DNA of 64,000 bases, from assembly GCA_964016885.1 (NCBI GenBank), contig OZ024743.1:213280001-213344000 (forward strand). The letters run 5' to 3'. This document shows positions 1-14,108 of this stretch, in pieces. The stretch comes from Eledone cirrhosa. Taxonomy: Eukaryota. Made by a program: the position numbers and the translations under genes. The first letter of the stretch is position 1. Each line of letters starts with the position of its first letter. A model generated the notes under the pieces. It was not told the origin of the DNA, searched no databases, and saw only the letters and a list, made by a program, of their open reading frames with translations.

Positions 1-194
1 TGTTTACTTGTCTCACTCGCTTTACGCATTTTAATTGTCCTAATAACTTAATTTAGTTATTATTGCACCGACGTGAGATATATGATTTTTAATGCAGTGA
101 AATATCTATGATAGTCGGCAAATCACTGATGAGGGACTCATTTTATAACATGTTATCCATGTGCAACCTGCAGTATTCTTCTCCCCATTTTTTC

Positions 195-196
<2 letters not shown>
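1..196 (+). mobile_element. 3' part of a non-autonomous ribozyme-bearing repeat, cut by the window start
   Basis: Near-identical to 62992-63190; ends in (TA)n. Confidence 0.75.
37..137 (+). ncRNA. Candidate non-circularly permuted hammerhead ribozyme (subfamily A)
   Basis: AGATAT(76-81)-A82-TGATTT(83-88)...GAA(99-101)-ATATCT(102-107)...AAATCA(120-125)-CTGATGA(126-132). Stem III and stem I partners are complementary and covary with the 34290-34392 copy. Confidence 0.7.
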
Positions 197-231
<35 letters not shown>

Positions 232-234
232 GGC

Positions 235-279
<45 letters not shown>

Positions 280-280
280 T

Positions 281-338
<58 letters not shown>

Positions 339-345
339 AAAGTAT

Positions 346-442
346 GACCCCGACGGCAGAGCTCAAGCCGTTTCGACGGCTATTTCTGGAATAAATTAGA
401 ATTTTTAGCCTCGTGAATAAATAGTCGAACTTGTCAAGGGGG
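346..442 (-). ncRNA. Type I hammerhead ribozyme, U3-A8 core variant
   Basis: Minus strand: CCCC-TTGACAA-G...C-GAAA-CGGC..GCCG-TC-GGGG. Confidence 0.75.
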
Positions 443-1179
443 TACTTCCTTATATGGGAAGATTGTAGTTGTCAAGAAGATTGGTTAAAATTTGTTGTAA
501 ACACAAATAAGTCTATCATGGCATTTGGTGGGAGGTAGGGGTGGCTGAACTTGCCTGTAGAACAATAGGGGTGTGAGTGGAGTCGGTCAAGCGTTGAAAG
601 TGATATGTATACAGCAGATTCTAAGGATAGTGTATGAAGTGGAGGAGGGAGGTTATAGAATAGGTAATTCGAATGAGAGTAGGAGACAATAAAAGATAAT
701 AGAAAGAAATAAAAAAATATATAAAATTAGATAGTGAGAAATGAATAAAAAAAATCCCAATGCTAACTTACAAATACATGTTAATAAGTTGAGAATAGAA
801 AAAAATTGTAGAAATGGAGTAGTAACAAAACTGATACAAAATTAAAGGGGTTTAACACATCTGCTATAGGTAGTTAATAAAACGTATTCGGCCAAATCTA
901 TCTTAAAATTACAGAGGTGGGGGAACTGATGCTACAGAGGTCCGATGGGCTGCATCGGGGTAGGTGAAAGGGGAAAAGCAGATGAGGAAGAAAATAGGGG
1001 TGGAAGGAAGTGATAGGAGCAGACAGGGGGAAGAAGAAGGCATAGAGGAAAAGAAAAGAGATACATCTACCTATGTAAGCTGGGGTTTCCCCTAACTTAT
1101 TCGGCAAGTGTGTGTGTGTAGAGGGGGGGGGTATCAGCCCTTGTCTACCCACCCGGGTCGTTATGGGGTTTGAAGGCGA

Positions 1180-1580
1180 GGTAACTCCTACGCAATCTGT
1201 GTTTGCATGCGGTTACCAGTTCGTCTTTCTTGTTTAGGAGTTGGTCCTTCGAAAACAGCATTTGTAATGTTTCCTCCGAGCATAAGTTACACGGACGGCG
1301 TCCTCCCGTGTAAGAGTTAGCTCTGGACAGTCAGCTCCAAGTGAGATTGTAGGTTATATTATTATCTTGAGTTTTTTGTTGTTTGAGGAGACGATGTTTT
1401 GTGCGAAGTTAGGTGTGGTGCTGTAGGAGAGTTTGATGGTGTTTTTGTTGATTATGTTGTAGTAGCGGTGTTGTAGTGGGAAGTGTTTTTCGAGGAGCCT
1501 AAAGAAGATTTTCCCGATAGGTGTTGCCACCTCGGCATTATGGGGAGGATTGAACCACGTTACGTTACGCGAGCGGAGGT
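1180..1580 (-). pseudogene. Penelope-like ORF C-terminal remnant
   Basis: Homologous to the 19040-20075 peptide (WFNPP...KHFP...NTIKLSYSTTPN); has a stop and an internal deletion. Confidence 0.8.
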
Positions 1581-1678
1581 GTCGCCTTGACAAGTTCGGC
1601 TATTTATTCACAAGGCTAAAAATTCTAATTTAGTCCAGAAATAGCCGTCGAAACGGCTTGAGCTCTGCCGTCGGCGTC
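1581..1678 (+). ncRNA. Type I hammerhead ribozyme, U3-A8 core variant
   Basis: CGCC-TTGACAA(1587-1593)-G, stem II CGGCTATTT/AAATAGCCG, C-GAAA, stem III CGGC/GCCG, GTC(1670-1672), GGCG. Confidence 0.75.
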
Positions 1679-1829
1679 ATACTTTTTCCTATTTCCTACT
1701 CTACTACCCTAAGTATTGAGTACTCTGGTGCGTTATGGTCCATCTGGTTCCTTACCACAATTCCTTTGTTACATATATATATATATATCGGAGTGAATTC
1801 TAACCTGTTGACTTGTACGTAGAGTGCTC

Positions 1830-2022
1830 TAGGGTCGTCTGAAATATTCATAGGCTGACTATGCAGGAATGATGCTAGAGCTGTAAAATCACGCATGTAT
1901 TCATTTCGAATCTTACTAATAACTGCATTGTTTCTTTCCTGGGATTACTTTGAAAAATAAACCTCATTTGCTCTTTCCATGAGAGTATCTTGGACAGCTT
2001 ATGAACTTTTCAGCCGATCCTG
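1830..2022. mobile_element. Mariner-derived MITE
   Basis: Imperfect TIRs AGGGTCGTCTGAAATATTCATAGGCTG / CAGCTTATGAACTTTTCAGCCGATCCT; homologous to 60097-60296 and to the end of the mariner at 17150-17233. Confidence 0.7.
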
Positions 2023-2435
2023 TTAAATAAGAAAAACACCCGTGTGACTGAATTCAAAAAAATACTTTACGATCACGGCTGTCATTTGTACTTCCAACAA
2101 CATTACTAGTACCAACATCGATACCAAGATTAACGTTACTTCCACGTCTCTGAGTTATTTATGACGAGCTCAGATATCGCAGCTCTTAACCCATCTCCGG
2201 TGTTACTCTGAATGCTCATCATTGCAACGGACAGAGATCCCATCACATCCTTATATTCTTCCCAACTTTGAATTAAATACATTTCCTCAGTTATCCATAA
2301 TTAAAATGGTAACTTCGAGAATTCTATTCCAGCAAGGGTTTTCTTCTTTTTTCACACTTAACATCAACTCCATCAACCCTACAAGTCAACCGAAGACCTG
2401 AAAGTACTCATTATTATTTCCCTCTTATGAGCAAC

Positions 2436-2592
2436 TAGGTAATTAGCAAAGTTGTTAGAACGTTGGATAGTGCTTTGTGGTATTCGTTCTAGCTCTCTGC
2501 CCTCTGAGTTAAAATCCTGCCGAAGTCAACTTTGCCTTTCATCATTTTGAGGTCGATAAAATAATATACTATAGTCAAGTACTGGAGGCGAT
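2436..2592 (+). mobile_element. tRNA-derived SINE, family A (degenerate)
   Basis: B-box-like GAGTTAAAATCC and central GCCTTTCATC...GGTCGATAAA shared with the 19758, 47915, 49004 and 59855 copies. Confidence 0.75.
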
Positions 2593-2616
2593 TATTCTTC
2601 TATAAGTCTTTCTCAC

Positions 2617-2714
<98 letters not shown>

Positions 2715-3619
2715 ACACACACGCACACACAGTCTCTTTCTAACTTTCAACCCTTCTCTGGAAGAAATCTGATGTATTTAGACCTGGAGAGGGATGATCT
2801 CCGCCAAGGTTTAAAAATGCCTATGAAATGCCTATGTCAATACGGTGCCCCTACGACTCCTTCAGGAGTCACGGGGACTATACTAATATCATGACCAAGT
2901 AATAATATTATAACACAAATAAAGTAAATTTTGTTATAATAAATACATTTTAAAGTATTGTATGGAATCAACAATACAATACAATCAATAAATTCTTGAA
3001 AAGCATTGCAGCAAACTTACAGTTCTGTAAAATGTCTCGAATATGATCCATACAATATCTTATCGATTACAAACCGACGATCGTGGAATCGAAGATAAAC
3101 AATCATTCCAAGAACAGACATGGTAAATATTGGAAGAACGTTACATTTGAAACGGCGTTCTAATATGAAAAAATGGCACACTACAAATGAGTTGACATTT
3201 ACAGGTTTTGGCTATTAGCTGTAAAAACGTGCCTTTTGAAGTAAAAAAGGAAACATACTTCAACAAGAAATATCCATTAACATAAATTAATTTAAACAAA
3301 TTATTTTTGTATTTTTTTATTGTTTTCAATCTCCTAAAACATGTATGTATGTATGTATGTATGTATGTATGTATGTATGTATGTATGTATGTATGTATGT
3401 ATGTATGTATGTATGCATGTATGTATGTATGTATGTATGTATGTATGTGTGTATGTATGTATATAAGGTATGTATGTTTATATGAATGTATGTATGTATT
3501 TATGTATTTATGCATGCATGTATGTATGTATTTATATATGTAAGTTGTTCTTCTTCTTCTGAGAGAGAGAGAGAGGGGAAAGAGAGGGGAGAGAGAGGGG
3601 AGAGAGAGGGGGAGGAGGG

Positions 3620-3688
3620 CGGTTTCTAACATAGAAACAAGACTCCTTCATTGGAATTTAGACAACATCAAGTAGGCAAATATGTATG
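3620..3688 (-). mobile_element. 3'-terminal LINE fragment abutting a GA-rich tract
   Basis: Similar to 15227-15296, which lies downstream of an RLE-like coding remnant. Confidence 0.5.
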
Positions 3689-3892
3689 TCTGTATGAGTC
3701 TCTCTCTCTCTGCTGTTAATTATATGTCCAAGAGCCCCAATGTATGTATGTATGTATGTATGTATGTATGTATGTATGTATGTATGTATGTATGTATGTA
3801 TGTATGTATGTATGTATGCATGGATGCATGTATACTTCTATACATGTACGATTATATGTTATGTATGCACCTATTTACGCGTGTGTATGTGG

Positions 3893-3973
<81 letters not shown>

Positions 3974-4133
3974 CTTGTGTGTTTAAGAGTACGTACATTT
4001 ATATCGATTTATCGATTTTTGTTCAGCTGTTTATCAATTTTTATTTATATACACACTTCTATGCAGATATTTCGCTTCAGTTTCTTCCTTAATCTTGCTC
4101 ACACAAGCTACACACACACGCACACACACACGC

Positions 4134-4171
<38 letters not shown>

Positions 4172-5008
4172 TATGCCTGCCCTACACTGAATCCATCAAC
4201 AGAGTTGTGAGCATCGTTTTAAGGCAGCATGTCAACATTATCACTTTTCAAAGCATTAAGACCCAATGCTTAACCCTATCATGGAAACAGTGACGTAATC
4301 CAACCATGATATCTCTAAACAACACAAAAAACACCTTTAGAGTTACTACAGATAGAAGACCTCATAAGGTTGTCATGTCTGATGGCGACCCCAGGTATTG
4401 ACAAACAGTAAAGATTAGGATTTCTTCTTTATGTTAGCTCCGATATGTCGCTGACTTCCTGAAAAATCTCAAATAAGACAAACATCGACGTACAATGCTT
4501 ATGTATGAAATATTGTTGTGGCTGCTGCTTGCCTGCGACTTCTGCACACAGACATTCGCCCCCCCTCCTCCTCCTCATTCTTCTTCTTCTTCTTCTTCTT
4601 CTTCTTCTTCTTCTTCTTCTTCTTCTTCCAATAAGAAAGGCAACGTAAATAAGAGTGATGTATTACAGTGTGTGTAACCCATCCCCTCAAGGTCCGTACC
4701 GAAGTGGGTGTAATCTAGGCCCTCCTGCGCCGACCGCAGTATGTGTAACCTACCCGGCTTCTGCGCCTTTGTGCCATCTTTGTGGGATAATGTCAGAAAC
4801 TATTATAAATATTATAAATATGATATTATTATAAATATGAAGGAGGACACAAGGAACGGAAGAAGGGTGAAAAGTGGGTTTCCATATCAGATTAAATATA
4901 ACTGCTTGACTATGGTTAATTAGTTGATTATACAACGGAGTGATTGTATTTATTATCTAAGGAATAGAACTGGAGTGGTGGAGTGAAAACTATATGGTTG
5001 GCGTTTAA

Positions 5009-5343
5009 TTTGCAGCATGACCCTATAAACAGTACAATGGTGTGTATATCTCCCTCCCTCCCTACCTACCTACCTACCTACCTACCTACCTACCTACCTA
5101 CCTACCTACCTACCTACCTACCTACCTACCTACCCACCCACCAACACACCTATCTCCCTACCTACCTACCTACCTACCTACCTACCTACCTACCTACCTA
5201 CCTACCTACCTACCTACCTACCTACCTACCTACCTACCTACCTACCTACCTACTTTGCAGCATGACCCTATTACAGTACAATGGTGTGTATATCTCCCTA
5301 CCTACCTACCTACCTACCTACCTACCTACCTACCTACCTATCT
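5009..5343. repeat. (TACC)n array with a duplicated ~47-bp unique segment
   Basis: TTTGCAGCATGACCCTAT...GTGTATATCTCCCT occurs at ~5009 and ~5254. Confidence 0.9.
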
Positions 5344-8300
5344 AAAAACAATTTCCAAAACACCCGTACCGCAAACACAACCCGAAAATATACCCATCCC
5401 CTCCAACGCGGAAGATGACCCTAGTTCGTCGCCAGACGAGGAGGAGCACTTCCACACAATCAAAAGAAAAAAAAAAAAACACACCTCAGACACACAAATG
5501 AAAACAACCCCTCCCCAAAACATAACACTGACACCAACACAAAAGAGCTCACAACAACAGCAAACAAAAAACTCCACACAAAAACAAAAACATGCATACA
5601 CAAACATAAACACAAGAAACAAAAAACTGTTAAACATTGTGTACAACAACAATCTAATAAAAACACAAGGGCCTAACTTCACCCAGGCAGGGGATTTCCC
5701 CCACCTCAAAATGATTAAGGCCCCACAGGACACCTATAAAACTTTAAAAAACAATTTTAAAGAGGACGTGGGTCCCCCCTGCGTCGGGCCCATTAACCGC
5801 GTCCTCCTAAAAAACTATCGCACCCCCTCCCCAAACACCCACACAACTCCAAGCTCCCCAACCACACAACACACAGATGCCCCTACACTTCCACAAACCA
5901 CCACCCCACCCAACAACCCATCCCCCATCCTAATGGAAATTGTGCAGCCCGATACCCGGGACGCAGAGAGGTAAGTGCCTTTTCTCTTCACCACCAACAT
6001 GGCTATGCTAAGAGTAGGCTGTTTAAATGCGCGTGGCCTGGGCTCAACTTGGAAGCAAGCAATGCTTCTAAATGACCTCAGGTCACAACGTATAGATGTG
6101 ATGGTTATTTACGAGGCCCGGATCAGCAACGTGCGACAGCTGGTCCCCACCTTTGATGACTTTGAGATGCACGCATCTCTCTGTCAGCCCGGAGGTGGGG
6201 GTGGAGTTGTCGTTCTGCTGCAAAAACATCTGGGTCTCGCAACACAGATGGTACATTTGGACGGGGAGGGTCGACTAGTGGTTCTGGACCTTGGCAGTGG
6301 TAAAGGCGGAGCGTTTAGGTTGGTAGCCGCCTACGGCCCTTTCGGGTCAATGCGGCCGGACTTCTTCCATCGTCTGGAGACTTTTCTAGGCACGTCCCGC
6401 TCCTTGCTATTAGTGGGGGACTGGAATGGTATCCTAGATGCACGCTGGGACTACGTAGGGGCCTGTCCCGATAGAGAGGAGTGTAATAGCCTCAAAGGGT
6501 TAATCGGTCGATTTGACCTGGCCGATAGATATCGACTAGATTTTCTGACTGCGGCAACCTGGACTTGGGCAAATCGTAGCGGAACATCTAGGTCGTACCT
6601 AGATAGGTTCTTAGTTAGAATTAAGGATAAGGACTTTTTAAGTTGTCCAAAAATGCGCATGGTTGGCTATTCACACCACAAATTAGTGACCTGCATGGTC
6701 AACCTTGACAGAACTCATAGACAGGGACCCGGTTACTGGAAGCTCAACTTGTCCTTACCGGCAAGTAAGGCTTACAGGAACCGGATTAGCACTTTAGTTA
6801 AGGAGCGGTTGACGGGCGCCATCGTCAACAGCAGGTGGTGGGGATCTCTCAAAAGAGAGATTCGAGTTGTCTCTATAGAATTTAGTAAGGAGTTAGCCTC
6901 CAATAGAAATAGGAAGGAAAGGGAGTTGGTAGATAGTGTAGAAGAGGCAATTAGAAGCGGCGACGTGGCCAGAGTGCTAGCGTCGAGAACGGCCCTGGGC
7001 CAGTTCTTCGACGCGAAACACGAAGGCTGCATCGTCCGAAGCAAAATACGTGCTCTGGGAAACGAGGGGACCAAAGCTGTTAGCTGGGCCCGCGTGACAG
7101 AAGCCAAAAGAGGGAGCAGATCCACTATCCGGTCTTTGCGAGACCAGGATGGACGGGTGATCCTTGAACCTAAGCAGATGTGCGAGGCTTTTCAAAAGCA
7201 CTTTGCCGAATTGTTCGGAAGGGGCGGGGGGCCGGTTGGGGACGTGGACTTCGGTCCATACCTCGACGGCCTGCCGCGTCTCTCGGACAGAGAGGCGAAA
7301 TCCTACGAGGAGCCGATTTCAGCCGCTGAGATAGAGGACGTGCTGAGCCAATGCGGCAAACGCAAATCCCCGGGTCTCGATGGTCTTCCATACGAACTAT
7401 ATCTAGCTATGCCGGACTTGTTCCCCGAACTCCTCGAGGCGGTCTACTGCAACTGGCGACAGAACGGGAGAATTCCCTGTGCTGTGACCAAGGGCGTAGT
7501 CACGCTAGTGAGGAAGGACGAGAACAAGGGGGACGATATAAATAATTTCAGGCCCATAACTCTGCTAAATACAGAGTTACAGATTTTGGCCAAGGTGCTA
7601 GCAAAGAGGTTGGCGCTTGTCGTGGGCAACCTGGTGGGAGATGCGCAGACATGTGCTATCCCGTCCAGGTCCATCCACGATAACCTCCACCTCATGCGAT
7701 ACATCATAGAGAGGGTTGCGAACGCACCCGGCTTTGGTGGGGCCCTGATCAACTTGGATCAATCTAAGGCATTCGATAGGGTCGACCATGGTTACCTGGA
7801 TGCGGTGCTAGCGGCGGCAGGCTTCGGACCCGTTTTCAGGGGCTGGATCAATGCCATGCACAGCAGCCGCATCTGCTCTAGGGTCAAGGTGAACGGCTAC
7901 CTCTCGGAGCCGTTCGAAATCGCGCGGTCCATCCGACAGGGGTGCCCTCTCTCCTCCCTTCTGTATGTAGTGACTCTAGAGCCACTGCTGCGGAAGTTGG
8001 AGTTGTTGCAGGGCATCCTGTTGGAACCGGGATTGCGGAAAGCGGTGTCAGCCTACGCCGATGACGTAACAGTAATGGTGTCGACGGCCTCGGAAATCGG
8101 GGCGATCGGCACCTTATTGTAGGAGTACGAAAAGTTTACAGGGGCTAAGCTGAACCGGGACAAGTCGATCGGTCTGCAACTCAGCACGTGGAGGGGCAGA
8201 TCGATGCCCTCCGATGGCGTCGTCGGGCGCTGGACGGCGGGCCCGGTGAAATTGCTCGGGGTCTGGTTCGGACCAGACCTCCAGGTGGAGAAGAACTGGG

Positions 8301-9710
8301 GTGAGGTGACGAGCAGGGTGTTTGCAATGACCCAGAAGTGGGCCGAGTGCAAACTGTCCCTGAAAGGTCGGGCGGAGGTGGCGAACACTTATATAGCGTC
8401 CGTCATCTACTACCGCCTGACCGTGGTGCCTTGCCCAAGGGAAACGCTCGCCAAAATGGAGCGCGCACTCTTCCAATTCCTTTGGAAGAAGCGGGCTCCT
8501 ATGCTGAGGAGATCCATCTGCTGTCAACACCCTTCGAAAGGAGGGCTGGGGATGCCGTGGCTGATGATACGTAAACACGCATTAAGGCTACGGCACCTTC
8601 AGGTATTCCTCTCCGGTCAACCGATGTGGGCCCCGTTTGTGAGGCGAGCCTTTCCCAGACTCGTCTCACTCACCGAGCTGCAATCCTGGGTCAAGCAAAG
8701 ACCGAGAAAACTGGGCGCCTGGCACACCGAGTGTGCCCAGGCGCTCACGGCTCTCTGGCAGGCGGACCCGGCTGTCAGTGGAGAATCCACCTCGTCATTC
8801 TATAGAGGGCTGGTGGTTAGCAGGTGCGACGACGCCCTCGGAGAAGCCCTAGGCATGGAGGAAGACGAACTGGCCAACCTGTTCGGTAGGACATTCAGCC
8901 CGAGACCCATGGATAACTTCCAGAGGTCCCTGGCCTGGCAATGCTACAGAAGGGCTCTGCCCGTTCGAGAAAGGCTCTACAGACACGGGCGCCCGGGTAG
9001 GGACCCATCGAAAAAGGTCTGTCCCAGATGCGTGTGCGACGAGGAAACCGTTGCACACGCATTGGTACACTGCTCGGGCATTGCCGATCTGTGGGGCTAC
9101 GTCGAACAACTGCTGTCAAGGCTGGGACCGATCCGGTTGACCACCGAGTCTATTGTAACGATCAAGCCGCCTCCCCTCTTCAAAAACGAAGGAGAGGCGG
9201 TGTTTCTGTGCGTAATAGCCATGGCGAAAGAGGTTGTATGGTGGACGCGTCTGAAAGGACTGAGGTCAGGCACCTTTCTCTCTGGCCAACAACTGGTCCG
9301 TTTCTTCCGATATCATTTCGGAAGAAGGATCAGGATGGAGAGAGAGGTGCTGCACCCCAGCCGTTTCTATGAAAGATGGGTGAAAGTGGCGAGAATGGCC
9401 CGTGTGAATGGGCCTTCACTCTACATCAGACTATAGGTGAGGAAGATGAAAGACCAAGGGAGCACCCCTTCTCTGTGCTCCTGAGGAGAAGGGTTGCACA
9501 CTTTTTTCGGGGGTGTGTGCGACTCCCCAAGGCGCCTCCTCTCTATTGAGGACTTTGTTATAAATTTTATTTTTTGTTATATTTATATTTTATTTTTATA
9601 TATTGTTATTGCCTCCTCCTTATTGAGGACGCCTTGTTTTGTAAACTCCCCCCTTTGTACTTGTCCCATTTTTGATGCCCTGGTGGCAAATAAAAGAAAC
9701 ATACCTATCT
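5344..9710 (+). mobile_element. L1/Tx1-clade non-LTR retrotransposon, copy 1 (5'-truncated in ORF1)
   Basis: ORF1 tail, complete ORF2 and a 3'UTR with AATAAA; sits inside the (TACC)n array with CTATCT at both junctions. Confidence 0.95.
5999..9436 (+). pseudogene. Tx1-like ORF2 (APE endonuclease, reverse transcriptase, C-terminal Cys/His finger) with a single nonsense codon
   Basis: CLNARGL, GDWN, YLDRF, SHH, KSPGLDG, FRPITLLN, DQSKAFDRV, RQGCPLS, YADD, CPRC..ETVAHALVHC. TAG at 8120-8122 is GAG in the other copies and the frame continues to 9436. Confidence 0.93.
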
Positions 9711-10718
9711 ACCTGCCTACCTACCTACCTACCTACCTACCTACCTACCTACCTACCTACCTACCTACCTACCTACCTACCTACCTATCTATCTACCTAC
9801 CTACCTACCTACCTACCTACCTACTTACTGACTTACCTACCTACCTACCTACCTACCTACCTACCTACCTACCTACCTACCTACCTACCTACCTACCTAC
9901 CTACCAACCTATCTACCTACCCACCAACACACCTACCTACATACGTACCTACCTACCTAGCTAGCTACCTACCTTCCTTTTACCTACCCACCAACACACC
10001 TACCTACCTACCTACCTACCTACCTACCTACCTACTACCTACCTACCTACCTATCTACCTACCTACCTACCTACCTACCTACCTACCTACCTACCTACCT
10101 ACCTACATACCTACCTACCTACCTACCTACCTACCTCCTACCTACCTACCTACCTACCTACCTACTTACTGACTTACCTACCTACCTACCTACCTACCTA
10201 CCTACCTACCTACCTACCTACCTACCTACCTACCTACCTACCTACCTACCTACCTACCTACCAACCTACCTACCTACCTACATACCTACCTACCTACCTA
10301 CCCACCAACACACCTACCTACATACGTACCTACCTACCTAGCTAGCTACCTACCTACCTACTACCTACCCACCAACACACCTACCTACCTACCCACCAAC
10401 ACACCTACCTACCTACCTACCTACCTACCTACCTACCTACCTACCTACCTACCTACCTACCTACCTATCTAACTACCTACCTACCTACCTACCTACCTAC
10501 CTACCTACCTACCTACCTACCTACCTACCTACCTACCTACCTACCTACCTATCTACCTACCTACCTACCTACCTATCTACCTACCTACCTACCTACCCAC
10601 CTTGCTACCTACCTATCTACCTACCTACCCACCAACACACCTACCTACATACGTACCTACCTACCTAGCTAGCTAGCTAGCTACCTACCTTCCTACCTAC
10701 TTACCTACCTACCTACCT
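9711..10718. repeat. (TACC)n microsatellite, ~1 kb
   Basis: Direct reading. Confidence 0.98.
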
Positions 10719-10743
10719 TTATTATATATATATAGAGAAATAA

Positions 10744-10790
10744 CTTCTACGGGATTAGAACTGTTTCATTCGTATGCAATCATCAGGAAG
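10744..10790 (-). ncRNA. Minimal type I hammerhead in a Penelope pseudo-LTR remnant
   Basis: Minus strand: CTTC-CTGATGA-T..T-GAAA-CAG..CCG-TA-GAAG. Same family as 50650-50700; an inverted tail piece follows at ~10810-10842. Confidence 0.7.
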
Positions 10791-10874
10791 AAGCACCTTT
10801 TTAAATTGTGGTTACCCCCACCGACACAACACGGGAATCTACATATATAAATCTCTCTCTCTCTCTCTCTCTCA

Positions 10875-10910
<36 letters not shown>

Positions 10911-10940
10911 ACTCTCTCACTCTCTCTCTCTCTCTCTCTC

Positions 10941-10995
<55 letters not shown>

Positions 10996-11488
10996 ATATA
11001 TATATCTTTCGTGTATTTTCTCACACTTTATTTTCTGTAGCTATATGTATACAAGATTTTGTTTTGTAATATTTGTAATATGTTCTTATTATTGTTGTAG
11101 TTTTCATAATTCTCCTTCACCATCATCATCCTTATCATCCTCCTCCTCCTCCTCTTCATCATCACCCAATATTCATTTATCTATGTATTTAATGTTTGTG
11201 AAGATTATATTTACTTTAATGATTCACAGAATAAGGTATTTTATTTCCCAGCCTGTGACCCAGCTTTTAGCAATCAGAGTTCCGAGGAGCAGCCTCTTAT
11301 AGGTTTTAGTATTTCATACAACATTTATTTCATTTATGTTAGAAGAGTTGTGAACCCTGGAGTAACGAGCTGTGAAGTTTTCATCTTGTAAAAATTCTGA
11401 TATTTCAATCTACTTTTACAGTTTTTAGTGAAGTATCAGTACTTTTCTCTTTCATGTTATATATTTATACAGAGAGAACTAGACACAC

Positions 11489-11599
<111 letters not shown>

Positions 11600-11742
11600 C
11601 GCACACACATATATATATAAACATACATATATATATACATACATATATACATACATACACTCATATATATATAGGCATATATATATATACATAAATACAC
11701 ACATAAATATATATATATGTATATATATATACATATATAATA

Positions 11743-11778
<36 letters not shown>

Positions 11779-11836
11779 CATATATAATATATATATATAT
11801 ATATATGTATATACATATATATACACAGACACACAT

Positions 11837-11868
<32 letters not shown>

Positions 11869-12413
11869 GCATACATGCACACACATAACACAGAAACACA
11901 TATATAACAAATTGCGCGCGCACATTTGTGATAAATAAATGGATGGTTATGAAACCCATCGTGGCAGAAGCGTGAATATATTATAGGTTTTTGTGATTTA
12001 AGAATTCAACAGATGTGCGAAAGCAATGCAGGTTACTCCTTAGATGTACATCAGATACATTCGCCTACTTTTATTAGTATTTCCTTTAAAATTGCAGAGC
12101 TTTAAAAAATATTTTTCTTGCTTTCATTTCTTTTGCTGTTCGTACAAAGAATATACGATCTTATGACTTGAATACATGTGCTCAAAAAATAACATGCTAT
12201 TGCATTATATATGTTTGAATGAGATGTATATATAAGAAGTCCATATGCATGTATATATGTATTTGTCAACAGAAACCACTTAATATGCATGCATTTATAG
12301 TGTTTACGTAATACCGTTGTTTTCATAAATTCTATATCATATATATGTATGTATTTATCTATGTATGCATATATATATATGTATATATATATACCACTCA
12401 TATATATATATAT

Positions 12414-12598
12414 GAAGGCGTGTGGCTCAGTGATTAGAGAATTGGATTCACAATCGTGAGGTTGTGAGTTCGATTCCAAGACACTTTATTTCACGTTGCT
12501 CCTTCTACCTGGAGTTGCGACCCGATAGATAGTATTAACAATTGGAAAGACCAACGGAAACATTGTTTCCTCGGTCCGATTTGACGAAATCAATCGTT
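12414..12598 (+). mobile_element. tRNA-derived SINE, family B (internal deletion)
   Basis: A box TGGCTCAGTGA and B box GTTCGATTCC; homologous to 37295-37510. Confidence 0.85.
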
Positions 12599-12632
12599 CC
12601 TTAAAATATATATATATATGTATATGTGGGTG

Positions 12633-12675
<43 letters not shown>

Positions 12676-12960
12676 TCTTGTAAAGTGACGCACATACACA
12701 TACACTCTACAACACATACACACACATTTTTGATATTTTTCTTGCCACTACGGGATAGGGAAAAAACAGTTTTTGTAGGGAGTAAATAATGTTAATAATA
12801 ATAATAATAATAATAACAACAAGAACAAGAACAAGAACAAGAACAAGAACAACAATAAGAACAACAATAACAACAACAAAATAATAATAATGATAATAAT
12901 GATAATAATAATAATAATATATATGTATATATATACTGTAAATACATATATATATAAATG

Positions 12961-13044
<84 letters not shown>

Positions 13045-13254
13045 TGTAAATGCATATATATATAGACACACACCCACACACACAATATATATATATTTAT
13101 ATATATAAATGTATATATATGTATATATATATATAGACACACACCCACACACAATATATATATATTTATATATATATATGTATATTTATATCTATGTGTG
13201 CACTGGTGATCTTTTCATATACAAACATATTACATGGATTTGAATATGTAACAC

Positions 13255-13420
13255 GCAACGTTGGTGTGTTGAGGAATCGTTAACTCGTTGGACGAAATGG
13301 CTTCCATCTCATTGCGTTCTCAGTAAAAAATCCCTCGAGTTCTTCTTTGTCATACATCACTCCCAGGTCGATAATGTAAAGTGCTAGCCAAAAGCTTGGG
13401 AAAATTCAATTGACAGTGCA
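13255..13420 (+). mobile_element. Highly degenerate SINE, family A
   Basis: Remnant CTTTGTCATACATC...GGTCGATAA motif. Confidence 0.4.
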
Positions 13421-13807
13421 TCTGTTCCATCATGCAATGGGCGAGGGTTTTAGTGGAAAGCCTAAGTCGTAGCCAAAATCTTGGGCTCTGTCGATAGGTG
13501 AAGAGACACACTGGTCGGGGTTCATTGCCATCAATATTATCTATCGGTAATATAAAATATTATGACCTTCATAGCACGCACATGATACACATAGGCACTA
13601 ACACAGGCTCTAACACACACTGACATCTATATAACATACATACACTAACACACTGTTCTTTCTCTAAAAGCAATAATGTAAAATGAAAAAGGATATATGA
13701 AACGTACATATACATATAATCCTGATAAAAGAAAAAAGTTTTTTGAAGAATTCCATTCGCGATACACATATATATGCACCCATACGCGCGAGCAGATACA
13801 CACACAA

Positions 13808-13855
<48 letters not shown>

Positions 13856-13987
13856 ACACACACATCCGAAACGCTAATGGAATGCGTGTGCATACATTTG
13901 TTTGTGTGAGTATAAAAAAGACCTTATGGGATTATTTTTGTTGCCATTTACATAAGCGCCCATGTATCTATATATGTTTGTATATAT

Positions 13988-14108
<121 letters not shown>

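Larger units (their letters stand above)
341..1772 (-). mobile_element. 5'-truncated Penelope-like element with inverted pseudo-LTR
   Basis: Minus-strand peptides RSRNVTWFNPP...KLSYSTTPN and, in another frame, RRPCNLCSEE...LLNKKDELVTACKH; the GIY-YIG core between them is deleted. 341-439 is an inverted repeat of 1585-1684. Flanked by (GA)n/(TA)n. Confidence 0.85.

Noticed and set aside
1325-1345. In-frame TGA in a Penelope remnant as selenocysteine
   Set aside because: It aligns with a hydrophobic position (WEIL in the 19 kb relative), not Cys, and I see no convincing SECIS.
12414-12480. tRNA-like heads as tRNA genes
   Set aside because: No full cloverleaf; they continue into SINE cores.
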